DNA of 64,000 nt, taken from the NCBI RefSeq assembly GCF_006345805.1, contig NC_043007.1, forward strand, positions 54,746,001-54,810,000, given 5' to 3'. Position numbers and translations under genes: made by a program. The notes beneath the pieces were generated by a model. The model ran no database searches. It saw only the letters and a list, made by a program, of their open reading frames with translations, and was not told the origin of the DNA. The stretch comes from Octopus sinensis (Eukaryota). Positions 63,190 to 64,000 of the stretch are shown here, one piece after another (the stretch's first letter is position 1; each line of letters opens with the position of its first letter).

Positions 63190-63698
63190 TACTAATTTAG
63201 AGGCCTTATTAATATTATAAAGTATATTATCTGGAACAATTTTATATTTTTTATTATTTCTTTCCCTAAGAGTTTATCATATAATTTAACATCTAATTTA
63301 TATAAATTCCTAGTTTTATCAGATGTACTATAATACCATCCATATTTCTCATATCTTTAATTCTAATTGCTAAGTTTCTTAAATATTCATTATTTCTATT
63401 GGGTATTTATGAATTCAATATTTTTTACTACCTTCCATATATTATCTTCTAGTAATTGTAATTCTTTATTAAATGGAGGTTCCTTTCTAGATTTAAATTT
63501 AGAGGTAAAATTATCATTCCTACTATCATTATCATTAAATAAATAAAAATTATAGTAATAAGCTTTCCATTTAATTCTAGAAATAAAACCTTTAACATTA
63601 TTAATAAGTTTCAAAATAAATTCCTTTCTAGAAGGTATAGGAATATCTTTCAAAGATGAATCCCAAAATAGCGGTTCTATCTTACCTGTAAATTCCAT
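63190..63698 (-). pseudogene. N-terminal part of the same PLE ORF, broken by three 1-bp indels
   Basis: Starts MEFTGKIEPLFW...RIKWKAYYY. Correcting +1, -1, -1 indels gives ...IIVPSDKTRNLYKLD...KEIIKKYKIV...KLV joined to MLKY. The net -1 matches the 509-nt offset between the two ATGs. Confidence 0.8.
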
Positions 63699-63752
63699 AA
63701 TTTACGAAATTGAGGTATTACACTCAATATACAAAATTATCAATATATTAAA

Positions 63753-64000
63753 TAATAATAAATATTAGGGAATAAATCCAAAATTACAGGGAAAAAAAAT
63801 CAGATTTAGGAATAAATCCAATTTTATAGTAAAATATTATATAATATTAATTCGAGACAAAACCACTATTTTGCAAAACAAACAAGGAAAGACTTAATCA
63901 ATACATAAAAAATTTTAATATAAAGTAAATAAATCGCCACTACAATTGTTTCATGTCTTCAAATGACATTCGTCAGGTGGATTTCCGATCTAAAAATATC
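63753..64000 (-). repeat. PLE pseudo-LTR, upstream copy (truncated by window)
   Basis: Direct repeat of 57658-57905, ending 55 nt before the ORF ATG at 63698. Confidence 0.92.
63937..63980 (-). ncRNA. Minimal type I hammerhead ribozyme (upstream pLTR)
   Basis: Minus strand reads CCAC CUGACGA AUGUC-AUUUGAA-GACAU GAAA C-AAUU-G UA GUGG: complete core, 5-bp stem II, 4-bp stem I, GUA cleavage triplet. Confidence 0.9.

Larger units (their letters stand above)
57658..64000 (-). mobile_element. Young Penelope-like retroelement (C-terminal EN+; possibly Nematis/Hydra-like) in partial-tandem form, antisense in a putative QPCT intron; runs off the window end
   Basis: RT + GIY-YIG ORF. Direct terminal repeats 57658-57905 and 63753-64000, offset 6095 bp, one mismatch seen. 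Hammerhead motif in each repeat. The 3' end abuts (TA)n. Clade assignment is from motif recall only. Confidence 0.92.

Overview
AT-rich, repeat-dense animal genomic DNA, most likely a cephalopod (Octopus-like; inferred from the repeat families, not proven). One host gene is visible on the + strand: five internal exons of a glutaminyl-peptide cyclotransferase (QPCT/QPCTL family) at 24893-55430. They splice into one open frame, and one intron has a GC donor. The first and last exons were not found. Everything else is intronic or intergenic and full of decayed transposons: RTE and CR1-type LINEs, tRNA-derived SINEs, Tigger, mariner, piggyBac and MULE remnants, Helitron-like non-autonomous elements, two Ty3/gypsy LTR elements and two rearranged Penelope-like elements (PLEs). 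The most notable feature is a young, apparently near-intact PLE on the - strand (57658 to the window end). It has an RT + C-terminal GIY-YIG ORF of about 814 codons once three 1-bp indels are corrected, and a very AT-rich, Asn-rich composition. Its 3.3-kb 3' region is repeat-built. Near-identical terminal repeats lie 6095 bp apart, and each carries a complete minimal type I hammerhead ribozyme whose stem III is palindromic. Two near-perfect long hairpins (191-bp and 50-bp arms) are also present. All annotation was done by eye; no alignments or searches were run.
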